From the NCBI GenBank assembly GCA_964016885.1, contig OZ024755.1, forward strand, positions 26,722,001-26,786,000: a DNA stretch of 64,000 bases. The letters are read 5' to 3'. Under the pieces are notes generated by a model, which was not told the DNA's origin, did no database searches, and worked only from the letters and a program-made list of their open reading frames with translations. This DNA comes from Eledone cirrhosa (Eukaryota). Both the position numbers and the translations under genes were made by a program. Numbering within the stretch: the first letter of the stretch is position 1; each line of letters starts with the position of its first letter. Shown piece by piece: positions 1-11,790 of the stretch.

Positions 1-236
1 ATAAATTTCTGCGATTCTATCACAACACGTAGAGAGAGAAGAGTAGTGTGACTACCTCATACTACTCCTCTTTCTTTACGTCTGCTGTATTTTATGGTTT
101 CTAGTCATCTACATATATATATACATTTCCGCGATTCTATCACAACACGCAAAGAGAAAAGAGAAAGGAGTAGTTTGACTACCCCATACTTCTCCTTTCT
201 CTTTACATCTGCTGCTTGCGTGAATGTGTGTGTATG
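1..236. repeat. ~120-bp tandem unit (2 copies here, third at ~1571-1675) interrupted by the maT element
   Basis: ATAAATTTCTGCGATTCTATCACAACACG...GAGTAGT(G/T)TGACTACCTCATACTACT...TCTGCTG recurs at 1, ~121 and ~1571. Confidence 0.8.
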
Positions 237-238
237 TA

Positions 239-1545
239 CAGGGTGAGGCATAAAAACTGTTACAAAATAAAATGCAAATAGTTCTCGAAAAAAAACCCAT
301 TTATTTTAAGATCTGACTTCAACAAATAGTAAGTAATATACTATTAAACAACTGCACAAAAATTTATTCGAAATGCTTTCCTCTAGTTCTCATTACTGCT
401 CGAAGACTTCTAGGAAAGTCTTCGATGGCTGCACGAACAGTTTCCATGGGTATTTTCTCCCATACTTTATTCAGTTTTGATTTTAGAGTTTCAATATTTT
501 GGCTAGGAGTAGAGCAGGCTTCATTCTCAAGAATTGACCATAAAGAAAAATCGAGAGGGTTGAGATCTGGTGATGTGGGAGGCCACTCTTCCTTACTGAA
601 CCATGCAGGACAATGCTCTCTACACCACTGTTGTGTTATGCGAGCAGTGTGGCTCGTCGCTCCATCTTGTTGGAGAGTCCAAATGTCATCGCCATAAACA
701 GATGTGCACCATGGCATCAGTGCTCCTTCCAAAATATCCTTTATGTAAAGCTCTTTGTTAATTTTAACTCCTTGAGGCACAAAAATCAGAGGAGACTTCC
801 GTCTTTCAGAAATGGCTGCCCAAACCATCACTGATGCTGGTTTCTGTGTTCTGAAGACTTTTCTTACACTTGAAGGAATTGATTTGAGACTTTTTGCAAG
901 TACTCGGTCATTTTGATGATTGTGAGACTGCTGCACAGTGAATAACTTCTCATTTGTAAAGATGAGGTTTTTCAGCGTGCCATCCTTGATACGGTTCAAT
1001 AACAGTTTACTTCTGGAGAGCCTCTTTTCAATTGTGGCTGCAGAAAGAAGCTGCCTCTTTTGGAACTTATAGGATGACATCCCCAGATCATCTCGACATA
1101 TCCTCCACATTGTTCTCGGCGATGTTTCTGCTTTTTCTGCCATTTTTCTCATGCACCTTCTTGGATTACGCCTTATTTTTTCCCTCACACTTTTAACGAG
1201 TTTTGGTGTTCTTAAGGTGCGAGGGCGTCCGGATTGAGGTCTGTCTTTGGTCGAGGAAGTTTCCTTAAATCGATCGATTGTCCTTCTGATCAACATTCTA
1301 TTGATCTTAAGAGTTTTCCCCAGTTTAAATATCTCGGGTGGAGTCAGGCATTTTTCATGCTTCTCTATTATGAACTTTCTTTTCATTTCTATGGACATTG
1401 CAAATTGTTAATGGAGTAATGTTCTGAAAAATAGTTAATATGGTTATAGTGCATGGATTTGATACAAATATATTAGTTATATTAGCAGCATAATGTATTT
1501 TTAAATTGATTTAAAACTTTGTAACAGAAATTATGCCCCACCCTG
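239..1545 (-). mobile_element. Full-length Tc1/mariner DNA transposon, DD37D (maT) type
   Basis: Imperfect ~27-bp TIRs: CAGGGTGAGGCATAAAAACTGTTACAAA at 239 and the reverse complement CAGGGTGGGGCATAATTTCTGTTACAAA ending at 1545. TA target duplication at 237-238 and 1546-1547. Encloses a transposase ORF. Confidence 0.95.
364..1398 (-). CDS. DD37D transposase, 344 aa, first catalytic Asp replaced by Asn
   Basis: N-terminal HTH region with GRPR motif; IFTNEKLF (normally (S/T)DEK); VMVWAAIS; QQDGATSH; WPPTSPDLNPLDF; 37 residues between second and third Asp. Confidence 0.92.
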   Translation of the reverse strand: MSIEMKRKFIIEKHEKCLTPPEIFKLGKTLKINRMLIRRTIDRFKETSSTKDRPQSGRPRTLRTPKLVKSVREKIRRNPRRCMRKMAEKAETSPRTMWRICRDDLGMSSYKFQKRQLLSAATIEKRLSRSKLLLNRIKDGTLKNLIFTNEKLFTVQQSHNHQNDRVLAKSLKSIPSSVRKVFRTQKPASVMVWAAISERRKSPLIFVPQGVKINKELYIKDILEGALMPWCTSVYGDDIWTLQQDGATSHTARITQQWCREHCPAWFSKEEWPPTSPDLNPLDFSLWSILENEACSTPSQNIETLKSKLNKVWEKIPMETVRAAIEDFPRSLRAVMRTRGKHFE

Positions 1546-1734
1546 TAAAAGGAAGGGGATCTTTCTATATATAAATTTCTGCAATTCTGTCACAACACGT
1601 GAAGAGAAGGGAGTAGTTTGACTACCTCATACTACTATCTCTTTACATCTGCTGCTTGCGAGTATGTGTATGTGAAGGTGGTGGGGTGGTGAAAAAAACT
1701 ATAACAATATAACGGTTCGCGTTCCATTTGTTAT

Positions 1735-2419
<685 letters not shown>

Positions 2420-3350
2420 CTTCTGGTTTTAGGTTTTATAATTTTATAATTTTTTATTAATAGAGAAAGAATCGGTTTCTAACATAGACACAACACTCTT
2501 TCATTGGAATTTAGACATCAACTAGGTAGATATGTATGCATGTCTGCATGCATGTGTGTGTGTGTGTGCAGGTATGGATGTTATTGTATGTGTGGATGTG
2601 GATGTTTTGAGTTATATGTGTGCATGTGCATATGCTTTGTATCTGTACAAGTGTACATGCAGTTATTACATGCAGAATTTTTGGAATGTTTTTCATAGTT
2701 TTACTGTTACAATAATGAATTGTACTTGTAATTTCCTAACTGTTCTTTCTGTTTCTGTGAAGCCCAGCTTCTCAAGATTTGTACTGAGGCAGTTACTGGC
2801 ATACCCCAGTGGCCCAATAATCACAGGTATAAATCTGAAGGTATAGTCAGTGTGGAGTATCTGCAGATTTCTCATTAGTTCTCTTTTTCGCTAATCTTTA
2901 ATATTATATTGGCATCTGCTGGACAGCTAACTTCCACTACTGTGCATGCCTTCTTTTCCCTATCCCATATCCCTATTATATCTGGTTTGTTATGCTTCCA
3001 TTTTATTTGGGTTTGACTGAAACATTCCACCAGTACTCTTTCATGTTATGTATGCGTATGTCTTCCACATTGCTGTAACCTTTGATATTGTCGGAGCTAT
3101 CTTTTCTACGGATTACATTGTATATTTTTTTTGATACTATATCATGCCGCATTGGTAGATAGTACCGTGGTGACATCTTTGAACATCTACTTATGTCATG
3201 GGTGACATCTTCGATGTCATTTCTGCAGAGTCTGCATTTGTTGTCACATCTAGGTGTTTTGCCTGCATCCCTATTTCTTTTGTAAATCGGATATTTTGTA
3301 TTGATTTCCTGTTCTTGGATTGCAAAAGCATATCCTTCAAAGTAAGAGCC
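2420..3350 (-). mobile_element. 5'-truncated R4/Dong-like RLE non-LTR retrotransposon (3' part plus 3' UTR), decayed
   Basis: Minus strand encodes FEGYAFAIQEQEINTKY, CCHC knuckle CRLCRNDIEDVTHDISRC, RHD, HNKPDII...VVEVSCP (PD..E endonuclease) and FIPVIIGPLG. It ends in TACA-type repeats, and its 3' UTR matches 16884-17176. Confidence 0.88.
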
Positions 3351-3455
3351 AATAAAGCCAATTTGCTTATCTACATTACTCTCACTTTGGAGCCGCCTGG
3401 CAACATTTATAAAACCATATTTACTCTATTATATATATTTCAAGGGTACCAAATC

Positions 3456-3522
3456 TTTGTATTTTATCTGATGAGATTGTACCAAAGTTTTGGTACCCTT
3501 GAAATATATATAATAGAATAAA
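3456..3522 (+). ncRNA. Minimal type I hammerhead ribozyme (family H1) in a Penelope-like LTR fragment
   Basis: TATTTTAT-CTGATGA(3468)-stem II GTACCAAA/TTTGGTAC-GAAA(3501)-T-ATAT-A-TA|ATAGAATA. An inverted partial copy lies at 3405-3453. Confidence 0.75.
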
Positions 3523-3545
3523 TATAGTTTTCATTTATTTAATAT

Positions 3546-3610
<65 letters not shown>

Positions 3611-3661
3611 CATATATATATACAATTAACAACAAAGAGCGCTTAGAACATAGGTATATCT

Positions 3662-3716
3662 TTAATTGCTGACAATGTTTCGTCCACACTAAAAGTGGGA
3701 CTCTTCAGAGCTTAAA
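3662..3716 (-). ncRNA. Type I hammerhead ribozyme (family H2)
   Basis: Minus strand: TTAAGCT-CTGAAGA-GTCCCAC TTTTA GTGTGGAC-GAAA-C ATT G-TC|AGCAATTAA. Canonical core with G-C at the base of stem II and a GUC cleavage triplet. Confidence 0.82.
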
Positions 3717-3791
3717 GAGTAGATACAGAGTATAGATACTCTGTATCTACTCTTTAAGAGAAATAGGTTTACTTGATGAAGGTTGAACTGG

Positions 3792-4015
3792 GGATAAACA
3801 ACAACCAGGATAAACAACAAACAGGATAAACAACCAGGATAAACAACAACCAGGATAAACAACCAGGATAAACAACAAACAGGATAAACAACCAGGATAA
3901 ACAACACAGGATAAACAACAACCAGGATAAACAACGACCAGGATAAACAACAAACAGGATAAACAACCAGGATAAACAACCAGAATAAACAACAAGCAGG
4001 ATAAACAACAACCAG
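3792..4015 (+). repeat. GGATAAACAAC(AA)CA minisatellite (13-16-bp variants)
   Basis: Direct tandem repeat; inverted counterpart at 4944-5285. Confidence 0.95.
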
Positions 4016-4084
4016 ACAAAGCATATCACGGTTCTAAGTGTTTATAATATATCATTGTAATGAGGTTCGCCGTCGTCATCTTTG

Positions 4085-4310
4085 CTGTTGTTGTTGTTTA
4101 GCCCTAAGTCAGTCCTGCTCCAACAGAAATATAACCAAATGCCTTCCAGCTATGGCCTTCCTTATTTTTAGTTTAGTTTTGAGGATACAATTCTGCATTA
4201 TCTCACGCGTCCTTTCATTTTTCAGAAAGTGAGGTGTGAGCAGAGGGTGTTTTGAATTCTATTTCTGATAGGTCGAGTGACCGTGCAGAGACTATATCAT
4301 TTGTTTATGA
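4085..4310 (-). mobile_element. Dispersed SINE/LINE-tail-like repeat 'family C'
   Basis: Minus strand GGTCACTCGACCTATCAGAAATAG...GACTGACTTAGGGCTAAACAACAAC; homologous to 5725-5915, 18545-18650 and ~58915. Confidence 0.65.
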
Positions 4311-4660
4311 TAGTAGAGAGTTGGATAGCTTTGAGGCAGGAGTTTATTGGTGAACATAAACTTGACCTCTACTTGAAGATAGCGAGAAAGTGAAAAGGTT
4401 AGATTTGACAGATAACAAGGTTAATCAATATTGTTGCATGAATCAGAGTGATGTGTGGTTTAGAGTCAGACACACAGACACACACACACACACATACACA
4501 CACACACACATACACAGACACACACATGCAGGCACTTGTGAAAATATATACAATCATAGGTAATCCGTATACAGTTATAGCAATTCCTATATTAAAAAAT
4601 GACACATGCACACAAATTAGGTGTGTGTGTGTGCGTGTAAATATATATATATATATATAT

Positions 4661-4795
4661 AAAGAAGGAAGTGTGGTAAGGAACCAGGTGGACCCTGACG
4701 CACCAGAGTACTCGATACTATGAGTAGTAGAGTGGGTAATAGGAAAAGAGTCGAGACAGCTCAGCCGTCGGGGTCCCGACTGTTTTCCTTTCCTA
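4661..4795 (-). mobile_element. Short repeat in (TA)n, homologous to 44000-44158 (Penelope-like LTR end)
   Basis: Shared GTGGTAAGGAACCAGGTGGACC...GTAGTAGAGTGGGTAA and TCAGCCGTCGGGGTC. Confidence 0.6.
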
Positions 4796-4943
4796 TATGT
4801 ATATATATATATATGTATAAAGGAGAAAATTGAGAGTGTGTAACACTCAACTTATCAGATAGGCAGTATATGGTTAGCTCAATGTCTGAAGACAGAGCCG
4901 TAATACAATTAACAACAAAGAGCGCTTAGAACATAGGTATATC

Positions 4944-5285
4944 CTGGTTGTTGTTTATCCTGGTTGTTGTTTATCCTGGTTGTTTATCCTGTTTGTTGTT
5001 TACCCTGGTTGTTTATCCTGTTTGTTGTTTATCCTGGTTGTTGTTTATCCTGTGTTGTTGTTTATCCTGTGTTGTTTATCCTGGTTGTTGTTTATCCTGT
5101 GTTGTTTATCCTGGTTGTTTATCCTGCTTGTTGTTTATCCTGGTTGTTTATCCTGGTTGTTGTTTATCCTGTGTTGTTTATCCTGGTTGTTTATCCTGTT
5201 TGTTGTTTATCCTGGTTGTTTATCCTGGTTGTTGTTTATCCTGGTTGTTTATCCTGGTTGTTGTTTATCCTGGTTGTTGTTTATC
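4944..5285 (-). repeat. Inverted copy of the GGATAAACAAC minisatellite
   Basis: (TGGTTGTTGTTTATCC)n followed by the reverse complement of 3757-3794. Confidence 0.95.
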
Positions 5286-5724
5286 CCCAGTTCAACCTTC
5301 ATCAAGTAAACCTATTTCTCATCAAGTTGTTACATCTGTTGTTGTTGTTGTTACTTGTCGTTAAAGGTGCGGTGGGTTGTGACAGAGTCTTCTACGTCGC
5401 TAATACATTCTACTTCATCCAAACAGGGAGTAACTAAATAGGTCAGATTAGAACTTAAAGCAATGGTTCTCGGCTAACTCTGAAGGCAGGGGCCTCGTTT
5501 ACCTTAAAAATGTGAGGACTAACCAACATTTGTTGATTCTTAAAGGAGCATGTTAGTATTGCTTATGGTGCCTTTCCTGGACCAAATAAGCTTTAAAAGA
5601 ATTTATTATATCAAATAAACAAAATATAAAATATAGACGTCCGAAAAAGTGGGTGGGGTGGGGGTGGGGGGGACTTGGCTCCTGGTACCCCCCTGAAACA
5701 AGGCCCTTGTCTGAAGGGAATATA

Positions 5725-5915
5725 TAACTGGTCGCTTGGCTTTCAAGAAATAGCAGCCACACTTCCCTCAAATCATGGTCTCGCCGTCTTTAAAAGAAAC
5801 ACAATGTATTATGTAGTCTTAGATATATTATTCCTTTCAAAAATAGAGTGGTCATGTCTGGAATGTTTCGGATCATAGGCGTGTTCGGTCAGGGCAAATT
5901 TAGGGATAAACAGCT
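5725..5915 (+). mobile_element. Family C dispersed repeat copy
   Basis: AGAAATAGCAGCCACACTTCCCTCAAATC...ATAGGCGTGTTCGGTCAGGGCAAATTTAGGGATAAAC. Confidence 0.6.
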
Positions 5916-6074
5916 ATGGTTAATTTACAGCTAAACAACAAGCTACTGATAAATCCATCACGTAGCATTTCCTTTATATCAATTTACTGGGCAGTTCTAG
6001 AAAATACCGGAATTCTATTTGTGTGTTGAAACTAAAGCAGCTATAACGTGTGATATCCATTTTAGCCACTATAG

Positions 6075-6588
6075 TAATATATCCGCCATATAATAATATA
6101 TCCGCTATATAATAATATATCCGCCATATAATAATATATCCGCTATATAATAATATATCCGCTATATAATAATATATCCGCTATATAATAATATATCCGC
6201 TATATAATAATATATCCGCTATATAATAATATATCCGCTATATAATAATATATCCGCCATATAATAATATATCCGCCATATAATAATATATCCGCTATAT
6301 AATAATATATCCGCCATATAATAATATATCCGCTATATAATAATATATCCGCCATATAATAATATATCCGCTATATAATAATATATCCGCTATATAATAA
6401 TATATCCGCCATATAATAATATATCCGCCATATAATAATATATCCGCCATATAATAATATATCCGCTATATAATAATATACCTGCTATATAATAATATAT
6501 TCGCCATATAATAATATATCCGCTATATAATAATATATCCGCTATATAATAATATATCCGCTATATAATAATAATATACCCGCTATAA
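6075..6588. repeat. 19-bp minisatellite ATATCCGC(T/C)ATATAATAAT, ~27 copies
   Basis: CCG recurs at 6083, 6102, 6121, giving period 19. Confidence 0.97.
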
Positions 6589-7014
6589 TCCACTTTTCAT
6601 TTATTTCATGAGGTGTCAAATTTTTTGTCTCGCCTCTGCTACATGGTCTCCGACACAATTTTACTGGAAAATTCACAAATATTTTAGGTGTTGCTTTATA
6701 TGCAGCTCTAACTCTGCATTCATTGCAGATAATATATATCTTCTGTTGTTTTAGCTGCGACATTGATTCCTGTAAATTTTGATTGAATTTTATTCTTCGA
6801 GATAAAAGAGATATGTTTCATTTCGCTCTTTCATCAGACTTTTATATATTTTCATGATTGTCTTTAATAGAGTTTCCGTTTCCGGTTAATAGATTTCTCT
6901 TTGATTCTATTTCCAATTTACTTCATCATCTCACAATATCTTCAGATTTCAAACATATCATTATTGCAGCTAATGTTGTTATTGTTGTTGTTGTTGCTGC
7001 TGTTGGTTTTTTTG

Positions 7015-7046
<32 letters not shown>

Positions 7047-7101
7047 TCTTCATTGATCAGCCTATAATCCAGAGTTTGCATAATTATTCCTAACACCAGA
7101 C

Positions 7102-7137
<36 letters not shown>

Positions 7138-7959
7138 AACCATCATCATCATCATCATCATAACCATCATAATAATAATTATCATAATCATAATCATCAT
7201 CATCATCACCATCAAAACTGCCACCATCATCACTCCAATACTTCCGCAACCTTCATTACTAGGTGTTGTATTCATTATTGCTGTTGTTGTTTTTGCCGTT
7301 GTTGATATCGTCGTCATCGTTTCTTTTGTTTTGCTTTTTTGTTGTTGTTTTTTTTGCTACTAGCGCATACTTCGCCCCCCCCCCCCCTTTCTGTGTTTTA
7401 CAGATGCATAGGAATCGAACCCAAGGTTAGAAAAAACACGAAGGAGCAAATTTGAAAGATGCCCCACAATAATCTGGAACAACAAAAATTATACAACCCG
7501 CAATAAAAGATTTGGCATGATGGAGGCAAGTTTCCCCAATGAAACGGAAGCCATAAGACAATCCGCCGCCACTTTAAAAACAAATGAGGAACTCACCCTC
7601 ATTCAAACGAATTTCGGAAAACGCTCGTCGAAAATCAGAATAATAGACGTGGGACTGGTAATTTATATCTACTGAACAGTATCGGCTGTCCTGGCAGACG
7701 ACTGGGATGGTACGGTGATGGAGGACCTGATCCAACTTATGAAGAGAGTTCAGAAACCATCCCGACCATACCTACCAGGTAACACACAACTTCTTAGCAG
7801 TAGAGAGCAGAAGGCCAAGGTACCTCGTGTGTACCTAGTCTTTATTTTTACTCTTCTCTTTTTCGTATGTTTGTGAAAATTTCATCTCAATTATGTAAAC
7901 TAACAAAATAACAATCGATTTCCTCTTAATTCAATATTCCACATCAATAAGTCCTATGC

Positions 7960-8310
7960 AACAGACTTGACGGATGTTAAACGAGGATGTTGAGAATGGC
8001 TCTCAACGTTTCTTGGAAACAGAAACTGACAAATAAGGAACTATACAGATCACTACCACCAGTCTCAAAAAGAGTTGCCTGCAGACGAATGAAACTGGCT
8101 GGGCAGTGCATCCGTCATCCAGAAGAGACAGCATCACAACTTGTGCTCTGGAAACTAGCGGTCGGACGAAGAAGCGTGGGAAGACAGGCCGTCTCATTCA
8201 TTGATATCCTGCTGAAAGATGCCAACATTGATAACATCGACGAACTGAGAAATGTCATGTTCGACCGGAACGATTGGAGAGGGCGTGTAGACTCGGCCGA
8301 AGAAGAAGAA
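7960..8310 (+). mobile_element. RTE/RTEX-like LINE 3' fragment
   Basis: RMLRMALNVSWKQKLTNKELY...RRMKLAGQCIRH...LVLW...GR...DRNDWR, typical post-RT C-terminus; (GAA)n tail. Confidence 0.8.
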
Positions 8311-9461
8311 GATAAGTCCTGTAACATCTCCTCCTCTTCATGCTCATCTCTCCCTTTCTGTCTTTTTCTCTCTCATTTTTTTGTCCATCGGCGTGTATTA
8401 TGTAATATATTTGGTGCAGAGGTTGCTCTTTGCATTTCTCATTTTATTTCATCCCATATTTTTAAATCAAATCTATATATTTCAACTAACCCTACGAAAC
8501 TAACATAGACGCATATCTTAAAGTAGTTGATCAGAGAATAAACTTAGAATAAATATAAAATCACCAAGTACAGGTTAACAGACGTATCGATTATTACAAC
8601 AATACTTCTCCCTTCAAAATCGATTTAATTTAATCGAAAATACAGTCAACAATAGAGGTTATCTTAAGAAGAGAAACTGGTAAACATTAAAACCTTTTAA
8701 GTTGAAGTCATTAGAAAAAGCAAAAATCTGTAAATATATGATGAAACAACTTAAATGAAAATATTCAGATTAACCACCAACTGAAATTATGGATAAATTT
8801 AAAATATTCCTTGTTTAACATTTAGACATCCCTAATCAATTAAGTTGACTAAAGCTTCGTTGAGCAACCAAAGAGAGTTATTTTCTGCGAAAATTAATCT
8901 TCGTGAAATATTTAAACACTACTCGATCAAAAACATTGAATCGTTCAATATATTGTGCAAACAACACAACATTAAAATTGATTTTCGATTTTTCTAAAAT
9001 AAAAAAAATTACCACAAAAATCGACATTTATATTCACATATGACATAGAATTAGCATAATAAACAGGAAGACTAATAAACTAATTAAGAATTTCTATGAA
9101 TAAAGATGAGCGAATATAAAAACACAAATATGAAACGACTAATGTATCCGAAATAGAAGAGTTTTTTATAAATGGTGTGTATGTTGGAAATATAAATCTA
9201 TTCGTACTTGTTGAGTTTTATGTTTTATAACACTAACTCGCCATTTTGGATATAAATATCTTTTTCTAGTCTTTCAGTTGTATAACTATAGATTTTGTGT
9301 TCTTTTGTTAGTTTGGTAGAAATTATGCCTTAATTCTTTTAATTTTTTAACTTGTATTGTTTTATTCTCTCTTGCTATCTCTCTCCCCTCCCCCTCAATC
9401 TCCATCCCTTTCACCCTGCCCTTCTCCCTCCCCCTCTCTCGTTCTCTCCTCTCCTTTTTAT

Positions 9462-9519
<58 letters not shown>

Positions 9520-10029
9520 GTATACAGAAGGTGTATAACCAATATTGTCGTACTGAATGTTTAGACACTGAATTTTGATTAAGTTCTTTAGTTCTTTAGT
9601 TTATTTTAGCCATTAAGCCTAAGGCTATGTCATAGCATGTTGATGTTGGTTCTGATATGATGATTATGATGCTGCTGGCAACTAAAGGATTAATAATAAT
9701 AAGGACGATGATCAACTAATAATAATAATAACACATTTTCTGGTGTATGCCAATTCATACAAACAAAAAGATCAAGGCTTATCGGCGTTTGGATATAAAT
9801 ATTTATTTCTATTCTCTCAATTGTACAAAAAATAGATTTTGTGTTATTTGTCAAATACCATCCGGCAAGGAAATGTCTCTCAATCAAAATATTAGCCCCA
9901 AGAGACGATAATAAATTAATAAAAGAACTAGAGAATTGATCCAAAATATAAAAAAATTTTAATAGTGATAGGGGATTTAAAACAGAAAGAATCCCTATAA
10001 TAATAATTGCCTAGAGAATGGAGACATTT

Positions 10030-11790
10030 TGTTTTGTTTTGTTTTTTATCTTGGTCTAGGTGAATGGGTTGTGTTGGAGGCTTTCGCATACCAGCAGATA
10101 CCAGTGTAATTGATGTCGTTATCTTTTCTTTTGAACAATACAGGCAACTTGTGTATGGTAGGAACTCTGAGGATTAAAATTCTGGTTACGAAGAATTGAA
10201 TGTAATCGTTAATAGAGTGCCTGAGGCGAGAGCACCATGTAGGTGACGAAAGGAGAAGAGCCGGATAAATTAAGAATGCATGAACAGAGATGACAAAGCC
10301 CTGGCAGCTCCGAAAAGCAGAGGTCACTAAACTAGCATTAGCAAATGCAAAAATGGAAAACATGTCTGTGGGTCAAAGGGTGCAGTATTTGTGAGCAACT
10401 TCTTGATAATTAATTGAGTGGCATTTTAGGCGTTGAGTGTACAGTAGTAGCAAGGTCCCGAATATGGGGACAGTATGCTATTGTAGATATCATCTGAGAT
10501 TTGTAGAGGCTTAGTGGTTCATGAGGGATGAAATATTTCTATGATTGAAAAAGGAAATCAGTCTATTTTATGCGATATTAAGACTGTTTGTTCACCAGAA
10601 GAGATACTCAGTGCTTGTGAAGCCAAACTTTTGAAGCGAACATGATGGTTTGAGTTATGTATGGTAATGTTTTCTTGATATGAGCAATGATAGTGTATAT
10701 TTTACTGTTGATAGAGACAAGAATTTTAGCTTTTTACGGACATGACTCAAAAACTTAGATAGATTAATAAATATGTACATATAGGCTTTTATTCTGAATG
10801 ACGCTATTATAGCTATCACTAATTAAAGCTAACAGGTCTAGTTTTCATTGAGTATAAATAGGTTTTCACCACGAATAGTTTGTTTACAAAGTCCTTTAAG
10901 ATATTATCTTCTATATCTCAACATGCAGGCGCTCGCGAGTATGTGTCGATGATTTGTGTAGACAGGGAAATGCATCTATCAATCTTATCCTGATTGTTGA
11001 GGTAGCAGATTCATGGGTTAGATATAAACAGCTAGATTAAATATACGTTTATTATACGTTAATATATGATATATGAGTTCATACACACCTTTATTCATGG
11101 AATCAAAGATAGCATCTATCATATTTGAGATGTTGGAAGTGTTTGCAAGAGAACAGTAGCTGGAATAACACATAGAGCTACATGTTTACAAATATTGAGA
11201 TACAGATCAAAAGCGAGAGAAACGGACAAATTGAAGAGTGTTATGCGGATAGCAACTAGCTCAGAGGCAGGTCGATTGAGAGCAAAGGAATGGATATTGT
11301 TAGCATCGGTTACCTTGTAGATGTGAAGAGTCCGGAGGTTTCCGTATTTGGTATGAGTTATAGTAATACTAGAGGAGTGGTAGTTCTGGAGTTTATTTAG
11401 TGTGTGCAGTGTGAAGTTGGATGCAAGGCGGTCAGTGAATTGGAGGTCTTTCTTCGAGGATGCATTTCTTATAGAAATGTAAGAAAGGAGAACTCACCCA
11501 AGTTGGTAAAGATTCTTTTGGCAGACAAATGCATAACCGAAATCTCTGGACGGAAGGATATGCAAACCATAGAGAAACTTTCGATAACATTGAAAAAATA
11601 TAATCCAAACAAAATACTGCACATGTCAAAGACGCACACTGCTGTATTCGGTAATGCAGTGAAAGGACGCAATAACTACATAGCTGCTGAATATTTGTAA
11701 TAATAACTACTGGTCCAGAAGTTCAGTTCTGAAACGAATCTCTAATAACTGTTATCTAAGACCTTGTCAGTTTCCAAAGAATTATTTAAG
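10030..11790 (-). mobile_element. Highly degenerate CR1/L2-like LINE remnant
   Basis: Scattered motifs on the minus strand (IRDLA ~ RDLG; SPTWC ~ SPVW; LGEFS ~ GDFN) with many stops. Confidence 0.35.

Noticed and set aside
6800-6850. Minus-strand CTGATGA...GAAA hammerhead-like motif
   Set aside because: Stem I can pair but stem II and stem III do not, so it is a relic at best.
7430-7780. Possible LINE ORF1 remnant or exon
   Set aside because: It has stops in all frames and no motif I can name with confidence.
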